From Bryobacterales bacterium (GTDB lineage: Bacteria; Acidobacteriota; Terriglobia; Bryobacterales; UBA6623), in contig OY729428.2 in the NCBI GenBank assembly GCA_963422375.2, positions 2,624,001 through 2,688,000 on the forward strand: DNA of 64,000 bases. The letters run 5' to 3'. Below the pieces are notes generated by a model. The model worked only from the letters and a program-made list of their open reading frames with translations. It searched no databases and was not told where the DNA came from. The translations under genes were made by a program, and so were the position numbers. Of this stretch, positions 40,980-51,126 are shown piece after piece (the stretch's first letter is position 1; every line of letters begins with the position of its first letter).

Positions 40980-41319
40980 CGGGGAACTTCGCTGGGCGGG
41001 CGGCAACGGAGCTCGCCGGGTCGCGGCGAGCTCAGGCCACGAGCGGGAACAGGGTAGCACGGGCCCCGGGTTCAAGGAGGAAGCCGCGGACTCTCATCGG
41101 TATCGTCCCTCCTTGCTCTCGTCGATTGGTCCGGACGCGTCGCATGACGCTGCAAGTCGGCCGTGGCGGCACGTTCGCCACGTGCTGCGATGCATCCGAA
41201 CACTCGTCACTGCCAGCCGCTCGTGCCGAGGCCATGCAACGGCGGACCCAGCGCGGCACGCGAGAGAGGCTGCCTGCCGCGGCATCATCGACCTGAATGG
41301 ATCTCGAGCCAACGAGTGA

Positions 41320-42242
41320 GTGCTTCGACAGTTCGTGCAAGCCCTTAGTCTCTGGGAGGTTGCAGCAGGTCCGTGGGACAAAGATCGGGCCGACTCGGGT
41401 CGGCTTGCGCATCTCCCGGGAGGAGGGGGCAAGCTGCGTTGAGGAACCGCCCGTGAGGACTGTTCAGGACCTCCAGCTCACCCTTGGCCAGTCCGCAATC
41501 GAGGATATTGATCTTGACGTCCGTTCCCGCGACGATATCCCGGCTATCCCGCTAGGAATACATTCTCCATACTGCACCGAGGAACCGCGTGAGAAGGTTT
41601 CCGGGCTGCTCGAGAGCCAAGTCTTCGGTCGCAGCGAGGGTGGAACCGATCGTTCCGAAGACGAGCCCGGCAAGTTCAACCCTGCCGTCGGTCGTCCCGG
41701 GATTCAGCTGGGGAGCATTCCGGTTCTCGGCCTGCTCATGCACGGCTTGAATTGCGACTACGACCGCGTGACGGAGCTGGCGAACAAGCACGCCGGCATA
41801 CAACACTTCCTCGGTCTGAGTGCGACGCTGGACGAGCAGGTTCTCAGCTACCGGACAGTCAACTGGAACGTGAAGATGGACCGGGGAGCGAAGAGATTCG
41901 AGCGGATGATTGGGCAGACTGTGCTGGCGGCGAACGTGCATCGAGTGGGCCGGATCCTGCGCGACGGAGAGAGAGCACTCAAGGGGGGGCTGCTGGCTGC
42001 ATAGACAGCCAGCAGCCATCTGGATCGCCCTGAATCGAAACCTTGAAGAGGCAAGGATCAGGAAAAGTGTGCAACGGTTGTACGACTACAACGGTAGTAC
42101 GACTAACTGTATCATCACAACGAGAATGGAGTGTGAGGCGATGATTTCAAGCAACTTATCGTAGTCTGTTCTTTCGCGGTCTTCATATGGTTGGGCTCTA
42201 TTGGCTAGCATCCCGGAAACATCTGGGATTTCCCACCAACAC
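41320..42242 (+). mobile_element. Internally deleted, degenerate ISNCY-type element (~920 bp)
   Basis: Colinear with 2748-~3340 and ~4258-4632; fused frame YRTVNWNVKM|DRGAKRFERMIG; eroded ends gtgcttcgacag / gggatttcccaccaacac; flanks GAGTGA / GAGTCA. Confidence 0.85.
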
Positions 42243-42658
42243 GAGTCAGGGTCGCAGATTGGGGCCTCCCCCTCTCGGCCAAGTCTCGATCATCGGCTGA
42301 CGGAATGCCCCCCCTCCCCTCCCCGGGACACTTGCGGGGGTTGCATGCATAGATGCCCGTACCGAGGCACTCCGTTGCGCCGAAAAGGAACCAGCCCGCC
42401 AAGGCCTGGCCTCGGGCCCAAGGCCCCGCCCTAACCGCTCGCGCCCTGGCGCCTGAACTCAAGCACCCTCCGCGATGGCCGGGCCAGTGTCCCTGCAGTC
42501 GAGAGATTGGCGCGAACAGGACAGCGGCATCCTACGGATAGCATTAAGGCTAACCTGCTAGCTGCTGCGCGAGACGACACAAGGAGCAGCCGGAGCGCTT
42601 CGGCCGGTCGTAACTCGCAGACCGCACGAGGCACCCTCACCTATTAATCCCGCCCGCT

Positions 42659-43501
42659 CTATTGCGAGAGTCGCAGCGCTTGGAGCTGTCGCTCCGCCTC
42701 CCTCCACCGCCGCTCGGCCTCCCGGCGCGCCCGCGCCTCCTCGGCAGTCCGCCGCTCGGCCTCCCGGCGCGCCCGCGCCTCCTCGGCTCGCTGCCGGTCC
42801 GACTCGGCCCGTGCCGCCTCCGACTCCTCCGGCGTCCGCAAGTATTCTCCCGCGACCGGATCCCACATGCGCAGGCGCTGCGCGATCCCGTCGTATCGCA
42901 GTTCCAAACCCAGCACGGCGCTGCGGATGGAGATCTCCGCGTCGGGTAGCCGCTGCGCCGGCAGCGGCTTGAACCCGGCCCCTTCCAGGCGGCCGCCATA
43001 GAGACGCTCCGGCAGCAGGTTGCCCATCGGGTCGTAGCGGAAGTATTCGCGCACGCCCAAGCGCGCGTAGAGCGGCGGCTTGTCCTTCAAGTCGACCTTG
43101 ACGGTGCCCGGCGAGGCAACTTCCAGCACGAAGTCCGGCGCCTTGCCCTCCTCCCACACCAGATACGACATGCGATGCCCTCCGCGGACGCCCAAGGCCA
43201 CCATCACGTCCGGCACCACCCTCGTTCCGGCGTCGCCCTTGACGTAGTACACCAGCAGGTTGTTGGCCACCAGCACGTCCTCGCGCCCGCGGAAGTGATG
43301 CCTCAGCATCAACGTGGCATTGCCATTCGCCTCTTCCTGGAAGGTGTTGTCCGCCATCGGGCGACCGTCCGAGCAAGGGTACTGCACCTCGGCCGCCGCG
43401 GGTGCCGGCCTGCGCCTCCGCCGAAGGGGCACGCCCCCCGGCGAGCGGCGCCCGCGGCCCGCCGTCAACGGCACCTGCTGCTCAATCTGCTTGCCCGGCA
43501 T
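42659..43501 (-). CDS. Uma2-family (PD-(D/E)XK-like) endonuclease with coiled-coil tail
   Basis: YPCSDGRPMADN, VVPDVMV, SYLVWEEGKAPDFVLEVASP, YARLGVREYFRYDP, SAVLGLEL. Start uncertain. Confidence 0.9.
   Translation of the reverse strand: MPGKQIEQQVPLTAGRGRRSPGGVPLRRRRRPAPAAAEVQYPCSDGRPMADNTFQEEANGNATLMLRHHFRGREDVLVANNLLVYYVKGDAGTRVVPDVMVALGVRGGHRMSYLVWEEGKAPDFVLEVASPGTVKVDLKDKPPLYARLGVREYFRYDPMGNLLPERLYGGRLEGAGFKPLPAQRLPDAEISIRSAVLGLELRYDGIAQRLRMWDPVAGEYLRTPEESEAARAESDRQRAEEARARREAERRTAEEARARREAERRWREAERQLQALRLSQ
42707..42787. repeat. 42-bp period tandem repeat in the Uma2 tail (AEEARARREAERR x2)
   Basis: ccgccgctcggcctcccggcgcgcccgcgcctcctcggc at 42707-42745 and 42749-42787. Confidence 0.9.
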
Positions 43502-44453
43502 GGGACCTGACGACGCGCCGCTTCGGTGCCAGCTCAGTATAGCGGATGCGTCCGTAGGGACCGCCACCCGGCCCGGACGGTCCGAGCACGGCCGCTGCCG
43601 CGCACCGGATCGCCCCAGGGGCCCGCTGCCGCATCGCAGTCTGGAGCCGTGCGGTGATGGCACGCCTTTCGCCAAGGATCCGACAGCCCCGGCCGCCCGC
43701 GGACTCAGCGGCCCGCACATGGAGGCAGGTGGAAGCGGCCGGCTGGTGCAGGACATCCAGCTCGAGCCATCGGCGTGCAGGGACCGAAGGCCTTCCGGAG
43801 GGCCGAATCGCCAAGTGACGCGCGATGGCGCCGGACGGCGCCAATCGCCTCTCCATCCAAAGTGGGGGCCCCGCGGGAGCCTCTGTCGCCGTCGGTCGAT
43901 GAAGGCCTAGGCATTCCTAGAAGCGAGGCCGAGCCTGCGGATCGGCCAGGTGCCGCGCAAGGGCGGATGCGTGCCCGACGGCACCCAGCTTGCAGCGCCC
44001 GCGATGGGGGCTAGGCAGCTGCGACCAGGCCGCCGCCAAGGGCCCCCTCAGCCGGAATTCCGCGCTCCGCAGCAAGCCCGAGACGCGGTTGGTCGGCTCT
44101 CGGGCACGGTATGGGGCCCATTCCCCCGACATCCCGTAGTCGTGTCGCTTGCGAGGTCGCCGGTAGGACAACTCCGACGGACCGGGAGAAGCGCGCCACC
44201 TGCCAACTGCCCCGGCGCGGATTCCCGGCCCGGCCGCGACACTCTTCGATCACTAGGATGTGGATGCCGGTCGCCCGGAACCGACTTGAAGCCGCGACGG
44301 AAACGGCGAGACGACCGGCACTCCGCCGAACTCGGAAACTCCTTGTGAATGCAGGGTATTCGGCAGCTCGGGAACTCGCTCGGCTGTCTCGACGCCGGGG
44401 CGCCCGGGGCCTTCCCCTAGCACCCCCGCCTAACTTGCTAGAATGCCGCCTAA

Positions 44454-47129
44454 ATGAGCATCTCGGTGAACCGCAGGTCCTTCTTGCGCGCCGCCGCCGG
44501 AACGGCGGCGGCCGCTGCCGCTGCCCGTGCGGCGCACTCGGTCTCCTTCGAGAGGCCCGACTCCCTCTACCACGGCGACGACTGGGAGACGCTCAATCCG
44601 GGCTACTGGGGCATCCGCGACGGCGCCCTGCGCCGCCGGATCCACAACTACGGAGACCGCGCACGCAACACGGGCTTCCCCTACCACTACGAGACGCACG
44701 GGGACCGCATGGGCGGCTACAGCATGCCCGTCGACTACGATCCGTCGCTCCCGCCCGGCCTGATCTGGCAGCGGGGCTGGCGCCTGGCCGGGAACTACCG
44801 GCTGGAGATGGCGGGCCGGGTCCATGCTCCCGCCCACGGCCCGTCCGAGGGCGACGATCCGACTTGGAGCATGTACCAGGCGGGCTACGGCCTGCTCGGG
44901 TTGGCCTTCGGATCGGCCACTCTGTACGAGTCCTACGGCATGGGCGGCGGGAACGGCAAGTCCGCCTGGATCGCGGCGTGGACGGACGACGGCTACTTTG
45001 GCATCCGGGAGCACGGATCGGACGCCATCGTCGCGATCGAGCGCGTCCCGCGCCCCGCGGAAGGCGAGCGGTTCCGCATCGCCGTCGAGGTCACGGGAAG
45101 CGATGCGCGCACGGCCGCGCTGGCCGCCTGGCTCGAGATCGAGGGCCGCGGGCGGGTGGCCGAGGTGAGCGTCGGCAACGTGGACCGGGCCAAGAATCTC
45201 GCGGGCTTCGCGGGCGTCGCCGGACGCGGGCTGCTCGACTTCGACGTGGGCGAGTACGTCGTCGAGCCGGGCCAGAGCAGCCCGCTCGAGCCGCGCATCA
45301 ACGAATGCCACGCCTGCTACGCCTTGGGCGACACCCTGCGCGAGGAGGGCGGAGCATGGCGCGTGCGCTTCATCGGGCTATTCCGTGGCGACGGCGAAAC
45401 GGCCGAGGTACGCATCGCGGACACTCCGAACCCCGCGGGCGGCTGGGAGTCGGTGCCGGTGGCCGGGTCCGCTCCGGTGGTCAACAACGACTTCCGGCGC
45501 AACACCGCCGTGATCGACGCCGCGCTGCCGCGCAACCCGGCGGAAACGAATCTTTACTACACGGTATGGAAAGACGGCATGGACGTGACCGGGGACCCCA
45601 GACTGGGGTCGGACGCCGTGGGGATCGGCACGGGGCAGGTCGGCGAGGTCCCGGCGAGCGGCACCTACGTCGGCAGGCTGCCGCGCCTGTCCGCTCCCTA
45701 CAAGCTGTGCGGCCTGTCCTGCCATGCCATCCACAGCGGTGGGCCCAAGCTGCCGGACGCTGGCCGGGGGGGCGGGTTCTGGGTCCACGACCAGCCCACG
45801 CCGGGCGCCTACCGGCACCTCGAGGAATTCGGGTTCCAAGTCATGATGTGGGAAGACGATGTCTGGTACATGGAGCTGCTGCTGTACCCGCCGTCCCCCG
45901 ACGACGCCTATAAGATCGTCACGACCACGCTGTGCGGGCCGACCACGCGTTGGCAGATGATGCGCCACTGGAACACGATCAACCCGGGCGACCACGACTA
46001 CGGCATGGACGACGTCAAGGGCCCAGAGCAGATCGCCATCCGATCCCACGCGGATCTCGGCCAGGACCGCGACTACATGCGGCGCAACTTCCAGATCGTC
46101 CACCATCTGGTCACGGGGGACGACGCCCCTTCCGGCACGGCGAACCCCAAGAAGTGGCGCCGCTGGAAGATGCCGAACCGCGACTTCAGCCTCCTCATCG
46201 TCGATTCGCGCCTGTGGCGCTCGAGCCAGGACACCAACATCTGGGACGACCAAGGCTGGGGCGCCAAGCGAAGCCTCTACACGCGCGAGGACGTTACGCG
46301 CAGCCTGCTGGGCGAGGAGCAGTTCGCGTGGCTCCGGGAGACCGTCCGCACCGATTCCTCGCCGCTGATGTGCCTCACCGGGATTAACGGTATGCACACG
46401 ATCTGGATTGGAAACGGACGGCGTCCCGACGCCAAGACCGTGCTCGGGGAGCGCGACCGGGTTGCCGCGGACTACGCCGGATGGGTGGCCGCGGGGGCGA
46501 ACCGCGTGCTGGACGTGCTGGGCTCCCGCTCGGGGGTGACCACGGTGTACGGGGACGTGCATGTCGGAATGATCCTGCGGAACGTCGAGCAGCGCGTCTT
46601 CGAGTGCTCGTTCGGCCCGATCGGGCGGAGCGGCGGACGGGGAGTCAAGGAAGGCTTCGGCCCGCGCATGCGCGATTTCGACGGGCGCGAGGTCGAGATC
46701 AGGGCGCTCTACCACCAGAGCTACGACACGCCGGACCTGCGTAAGCTGGACGGGCCCTTCTACTGGAACTTCCTGGAAATGGAGTTCGACCCGAGGGGGG
46801 ACGATCCTCTGATCGGGCTGCGCGTGCGCAACCTGGTCGACTCGCCCGGGGAGGATCCCCGCGGCGGCGGCTCCGTGCGCGAGAGGGCGTCCGGCACGGG
46901 GCGGGAGCCGACCTGCTCGCTGCCCCGCACGAAGCTCCTGCCGGAAGCGGACGTGCTGCTGTCCCGGCTGGACGGACGGCCGCTGCGCGGGGCAAGAACG
47001 CTCGCCGACGGTACTCTGCCGATCCGCGGGCTGGCCGGGGTCGCACCCGGGGAGACCGTCCTAGCGACGGCTCGGTCCGGGCGGAGGGTCGTGGCGAAGG
47101 CCATCGCAGCCGGCCCGCGCGACGCCTGA
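44454..47129 (+). CDS. Tat-exported protein with a divergent PhoD-like metallophosphatase domain
   Basis: VNRRSFLRAAAG signal; NPGDHDY, LIVDSRLWRS, SLLGEEQFAWL and VYGDVH parallel the PhoD motifs. Confidence 0.7.
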   Translation: MSISVNRRSFLRAAAGTAAAAAAARAAHSVSFERPDSLYHGDDWETLNPGYWGIRDGALRRRIHNYGDRARNTGFPYHYETHGDRMGGYSMPVDYDPSLPPGLIWQRGWRLAGNYRLEMAGRVHAPAHGPSEGDDPTWSMYQAGYGLLGLAFGSATLYESYGMGGGNGKSAWIAAWTDDGYFGIREHGSDAIVAIERVPRPAEGERFRIAVEVTGSDARTAALAAWLEIEGRGRVAEVSVGNVDRAKNLAGFAGVAGRGLLDFDVGEYVVEPGQSSPLEPRINECHACYALGDTLREEGGAWRVRFIGLFRGDGETAEVRIADTPNPAGGWESVPVAGSAPVVNNDFRRNTAVIDAALPRNPAETNLYYTVWKDGMDVTGDPRLGSDAVGIGTGQVGEVPASGTYVGRLPRLSAPYKLCGLSCHAIHSGGPKLPDAGRGGGFWVHDQPTPGAYRHLEEFGFQVMMWEDDVWYMELLLYPPSPDDAYKIVTTTLCGPTTRWQMMRHWNTINPGDHDYGMDDVKGPEQIAIRSHADLGQDRDYMRRNFQIVHHLVTGDDAPSGTANPKKWRRWKMPNRDFSLLIVDSRLWRSSQDTNIWDDQGWGAKRSLYTREDVTRSLLGEEQFAWLRETVRTDSSPLMCLTGINGMHTIWIGNGRRPDAKTVLGERDRVAADYAGWVAAGANRVLDVLGSRSGVTTVYGDVHVGMILRNVEQRVFECSFGPIGRSGGRGVKEGFGPRMRDFDGREVEIRALYHQSYDTPDLRKLDGPFYWNFLEMEFDPRGDDPLIGLRVRNLVDSPGEDPRGGGSVRERASGTGREPTCSLPRTKLLPEADVLLSRLDGRPLRGARTLADGTLPIRGLAGVAPGETVLATARSGRRVVAKAIAAGPRDA

Positions 47130-47135
47130 GTCGAC

Positions 47136-48026
47136 CTACTCCGGAGAGCAGCCCTGCGGCACGAAGGCCCGCATGGGGACCAGTTCGATTCCCCGCTCCT
47201 CGATCAAGGCGCGCACTTCGGGATCGGTCCACGCCTTGAGCACCGCCCCGCGCCGCCGGTACCAGAACTCGCCGCGAGCGCTGTCGACAGCCAGCAGTTC
47301 CGCTGTACGGACGGCGGGATGCCCTACGTAGAGGTGCAGGCCCGGACGGAGCGCCGACAGCGCCTCGGTCAAGGCGCGCTTGACCCCGGCGTCGTCATTG
47401 TCTTCGGGGTAGTCCGGCGCGAAGCGGCGCTCCCCGTACCGTCCCGCGCTGGAGACCGCCAGGCAGAACTCCTCGGCGAGGCGCAGCGTGACCGGGAGGA
47501 GCTCCTCGCGGCAGGCGAGCCCCATGTGGCAATCGAGATAGTCCAGGCCGAGCCCCGCGCGCAGGGCATGCTCGATCTGCGCCCGGAACTCCGTTTCGAC
47601 CTCGCCCGGATCGGGAGAGTGCCGCGCCCAAGGGGCGCTCCCTTCGGGCCAGTCGGCGGGCTGCAGCCGACCGTAGCCCCGGCCCCAGAAGCGGCCGTCC
47701 GGCGCCACCAGACTGGGCACGGCGGCGACCGCCGCGAGCGGCCCCCAGCGCACGCGGTTCCACTCGCTCGTGATCGTCAAGTGGACGCCCAGGCTCCATT
47801 CGGGCCGCTGCCTCGCGATGGCTGCGGTCTCCGCGAACCACGGCGCCGGCACCAGCACGCTCGCGGAGGTCATGATGCCCTCATCGAAGGCCCGTCGCAT
47901 GGCCTCGTTCGACGAGTGGACGTAGCCGAAGTCGTCGCCGCGGACAACGAGCCGGATCGCCCCGTCGCCGTCCTGGGCGAACGCCGCTTGGACTAGCAGC
48001 AGCCCGGCAGCCAGTCCTGCCCGCAT
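47136..48026 (-). CDS. YdjC/ChbG/HpnK-family carbohydrate deacetylase with signal peptide
   Basis: LVVRGDDFG, GIMTSAS, GVHLTITSEW, EFRAQIE, YLDCHMG, VGHP. Confidence 0.88.
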   Translation of the reverse strand: MRAGLAAGLLLVQAAFAQDGDGAIRLVVRGDDFGYVHSSNEAMRRAFDEGIMTSASVLVPAPWFAETAAIARQRPEWSLGVHLTITSEWNRVRWGPLAAVAAVPSLVAPDGRFWGRGYGRLQPADWPEGSAPWARHSPDPGEVETEFRAQIEHALRAGLGLDYLDCHMGLACREELLPVTLRLAEEFCLAVSSAGRYGERRFAPDYPEDNDDAGVKRALTEALSALRPGLHLYVGHPAVRTAELLAVDSARGEFWYRRRGAVLKAWTDPEVRALIEERGIELVPMRAFVPQGCSPE

Positions 48027-48052
48027 GGCTGGCAACCCGACTCCGCGCGGGC

Positions 48053-48673
48053 CTACACCGGACGCAGGGGCTGGGACGGCACCGCGGCCGACGGGGGCGG
48101 CCTTTGCGCCTCGGCGGCGTTCCTGGGCGGTCGCGAGTCCTTGCGCGGCCCGATCATCATGCTCATGGTCCGCCCCTCAATCCGAGGCTTGGTCTCCGGG
48201 CTGCCCACTTCCGCCACGTCGCCGGCCAAGTCTCGCAGAATCCGCTCCCCGATATTGGCGTGGGTGATTTCCCTGCCCCGGAAGAAGATCGTCGCCTTGA
48301 CCTTGTTCCCCTCCTTGAGGAAGCGCAGCGCGTGGTTCTTCTTGAACTCGTAGTCGTGCTGGTCCGTGTTCGGACGGAACTTGACCTCCTTCACCTCGAT
48401 GCGGTGCTGCTTCTTCTTGGCCTCGTTCTTCTTCTTCTTCTCGAGGTAGGAGTACTCGCCGTAGTCGATGACCTTGGCGACCGGCGGCTGGGCCGTCGGG
48501 GAGACCAGCACCAAGTCCAGCCCCAGCTCCTTGGCTCGACGGATCCCCTCGCTGGTCGGCATGACCTGCGTCTGGCCGTCTGGAAAGACAACTCGCACCT
48601 CGCGAGCTCGAATCGTCTCGTTGACATTCTGTCGTCTGACCCGGCGAATCGGGCGGTAACGTCTCCGGAAAAT
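48053..48673 (-). CDS. infC: Translation initiation factor IF-3, predicted ATT start
   Basis: VNETIRAREVRV, LDLVLVSP..PPVAKVIDYG, VKEVKFRP, GNKVKATIFFRGRE; AAGGGGGA precedes an in-frame ATT at 48673-48671. Confidence 0.95.
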   Translation of the reverse strand: MFRRRYRPIRRVRRQNVNETIRAREVRVVFPDGQTQVMPTSEGIRRAKELGLDLVLVSPTAQPPVAKVIDYGEYSYLEKKKKNEAKKKQHRIEVKEVKFRPNTDQHDYEFKKNHALRFLKEGNKVKATIFFRGREITHANIGERILRDLAGDVAEVGSPETKPRIEGRTMSMMIGPRKDSRPPRNAAEAQRPPPSAAVPSQPLRPV

Positions 48674-48956
48674 ACTATCCCCCTTGCTCGCAGTGTCGCA
48701 CCGGAACGCCCAGCGACGGCAGGTAAGCCCGGGCACGCCGCGGCGCACAGTCCCAGTCGATCAGCGTCTCCCTCAGCGGGGCTCCTCGCACGGCCCGCCG
48801 ACTGCCCGGCCAGTCCGCACCATTCCTACGAGCGCCCACATGGTAGCACACCCGCGACGCCCAAGCACTCGCGACCTCGGCTCGCAGGAATCGGAACATC
48901 TCAGAGCGCCGACGGGCATCGCGCCGACGGACCGGCGGCGGCGGCCTCCGTCCCGG

Positions 48957-48986
48957 TTGACATGCGCGAGGAATCAGCCTTAGCAT
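48957..48986 (+). promoter_or_regulatory. Putative sigma70 promoter for the HU/IHF gene
   Basis: TTGACA (48957-48962), N18, TAGCAT (48981-48986); 32 bp upstream of ATG 49019. Confidence 0.55.
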
Positions 48987-49018
48987 AAGCACTCTAGGCG
49001 AGCCGCCGCTCCGCTCCG

Positions 49019-49444
49019 ATGATCAAGACCGACTTAATCCGCCGCATAGCGTCCGAGACCGGACTCAGCAAGCTTCAGGCGGAGGTCGCATTGGACTCGA
49101 TGCTGGATCTAATCAAGGACGCTTTGATTGAAGGCGAGCGCATCGAGCTACGCGGATTCGGCGTATTCGAAGTCCGCCGCCGCAAGCCGAGCATCGGGCG
49201 CAACCCGCGTACTCGTGAAGAAGTTCCCATTCCGTCCAGCATGACGGTACGCTTCAAGCCCGGCAAGCAATTCCAATCCGACTGGACATCGCAGGATGCA
49301 ATGCCCGAGGCCGAGTCGGAACCCGCGACGGCGGCTCCGGCGCGTGCGAAGGCCGAGTCTCCGGCGGCCAAGCCCAAGCCGCCGGCTCCCAAACCCGACC
49401 CGCGTGAGAGCGATCCCGGGTGGGGATTCCTGGACGTTCGCTAG
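49019..49444 (+). CDS. HU/IHF-family DNA-binding protein with Pro/Ala/Lys-rich C-terminal tail
   Basis: MIKTDLI..IA, GERIELRGFGVF, GRNPRT, VRFKPGK. Confidence 0.93.
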   Translation: MIKTDLIRRIASETGLSKLQAEVALDSMLDLIKDALIEGERIELRGFGVFEVRRRKPSIGRNPRTREEVPIPSSMTVRFKPGKQFQSDWTSQDAMPEAESEPATAAPARAKAESPAAKPKPPAPKPDPRESDPGWGFLDVR

Positions 49445-49549
49445 GCCGGCGGGCGGGCCGGCAACCGGTTGCGGGCCGGAGCAGGCGACCGAGGCGTTCC
49501 CTTCGCGGCCCGGCCGCCGCACCCGACCACTCAGGGGAGCCCCGACTCG

Positions 49550-50284
49550 TCAGGAGAACGCCTGATTCGTCGGCGTGATGACCAATTCCGGGATGCATGC
49601 CCGCGGGTGCAGCGTCGCGACCAAGAGCGCGGCCTGCGCCACGTCCTCCGGCTGCAGCATGGCCGCCCGGCAGTCGTCGGGCGGCACCACCGGACGGCGG
49701 TCAAGGATAGGGGTGTTGACCTCGCCGGGGCAAATCACGCAGGAGCGGATGCCGCACGGCCCCTCTTCCAAGTGAGTCGCGAGACTGAGCGAGCGCACCC
49801 CGTGCTTGCTCGCGCTGTAGCTCGGCCCGCCAATCACCGACGTACGCACGCCGGCGATGGAGGAGACCGTGATCACGACGCCATCCCGGCGCTCGCGCAT
49901 TCCCGGCAGCACGGCCTGCAGCAAGTAGAAGGGCCCGTTCAGGTTCACTTGGATGACTCGGTCGAAGTCATCCTTGCTGAGTTCGGAGAGAGCCCGGCGA
50001 GGCACGTTCGTGCCCGCATTGCTGACTAGAATGTCGATCTGCGGCAGCCGCCGCAGCGCCCAGTCCACCGTCTCCGCGACCGCATCGGCCTCGCCGACGT
50101 CCATCGCGCGGGGGTGCATCCTCGCGCCCGCTGCGCCGCTCGCGGCCTTGGAACGCTCCAGCTTGGCGAGGGTGCGCCCGGTCGTGACTACCTCGGCGCC
50201 CTCCGCGGCGAAACACCTAGCCACGGCCTCGCCGATGCCGCTGCCCGCTCCGGTGACGATCGCGCCCTTGCCCTTGAGTCTCAT
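49550..50284 (-). CDS. SDR-family oxidoreductase
   Basis: IVTGAGSGIG, LVSNAG, YSASK (YxxxK), ICPGEVNTP. Confidence 0.93.
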   Translation of the reverse strand: MRLKGKGAIVTGAGSGIGEAVARCFAAEGAEVVTTGRTLAKLERSKAASGAAGARMHPRAMDVGEADAVAETVDWALRRLPQIDILVSNAGTNVPRRALSELSKDDFDRVIQVNLNGPFYLLQAVLPGMRERRDGVVITVSSIAGVRTSVIGGPSYSASKHGVRSLSLATHLEEGPCGIRSCVICPGEVNTPILDRRPVVPPDDCRAAMLQPEDVAQAALLVATLHPRACIPELVITPTNQAFS

Positions 50285-50430
50285 GTAATGTGCTGCCGTC
50301 GCGCCGCCGAGCGGCGCGACCTTCCTATGGTACTTCCGGGTGCGACCGGGACGCGGGATTCGCACGGCAGGCAACCCGGAGGCCGCGGAGCAGGGTCGGC
50401 CTCGGCGTCCTATAATGGCGGAGGAATTGC

Positions 50431-51126
50431 ATGCCGCAGACCGTCATCGTCGTAGAGGACGACCGGGATCTCTGCACGCTCTTGGAATACAACCTAGGCA
50501 AGAGCGGCTACAGAACCGTGATCTTCCATCGCCTCGAGGGGGTCATGGGGGCGGTCCAGCGGGACCGCCCGGACCTGATCCTGCTGGACGTCATGCTGCC
50601 TGACGGCGACGGCTTCGACTTCTGCCGGAGCTTGCGCGCGGATCCGGCGACAGCGGGCATCCCGGTGCTGTTCCTGACCGCTCGCAGCCAGGAGATCGAC
50701 CGCATCCTCGGCCTCGAGATCGGCGGCGACGACTACATCACGAAGCCGTTTAGCCCGCGCGAGCTGCTGGCGCGGATCAAGGCCCACCTGCGTCGCGGGA
50801 ACGGCAGCGGCGACCGCAACGTCCTCGCCGCGCAGGGACTCGAGATCGACTTCAACGCCCGTCGGGCGAGACGGGAAGGCCGCACCCTGAGCTTGACCGC
50901 GACTGAGTTCTCCCTGCTCAGATTCCTCGCGGAGAACCCAGGGAAGGCTTACACGCGGCAGCAGCTAATCGGGGAGATCTGGAACGGCCGGTCCCATATC
51001 ACCCTCCGCAACATCGACGTGCATATCCGGCGCTTGCGGGAGCACATCGAGACGGATCCGAAACGGCCTCAATGGCTGCACACGGTGCGGGGCTTCGGCT
51101 ACCGTTTCGACATCCCGACAGAATGA
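50431..51126 (+). CDS. OmpR/PhoB-family response regulator
   Basis: VVEDD, LILLDVMLP, FLTA, DDYITKPFSPREL, LTATEF, IDVHIRRLR, TVRGFGY. Confidence 0.93.
   Translation: MPQTVIVVEDDRDLCTLLEYNLGKSGYRTVIFHRLEGVMGAVQRDRPDLILLDVMLPDGDGFDFCRSLRADPATAGIPVLFLTARSQEIDRILGLEIGGDDYITKPFSPRELLARIKAHLRRGNGSGDRNVLAAQGLEIDFNARRARREGRTLSLTATEFSLLRFLAENPGKAYTRQQLIGEIWNGRSHITLRNIDVHIRRLREHIETDPKRPQWLHTVRGFGYRFDIPTE

Noticed and set aside
42707..42787. Direct repeat as a possible CRISPR array
   Set aside because: Two in-frame coding units separated by 3 bp, with no spacers and no cas genes.
43550..44430. Non-coding tract with an FRATGI string reminiscent of a tyrosine recombinase motif
   Set aside because: No preceding His, no other integrase boxes and no sustained ORF.
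48674..48950. Possible tRNA upstream of infC
   Set aside because: No cloverleaf, T-loop GTTCRA or CCA end visible on either strand.
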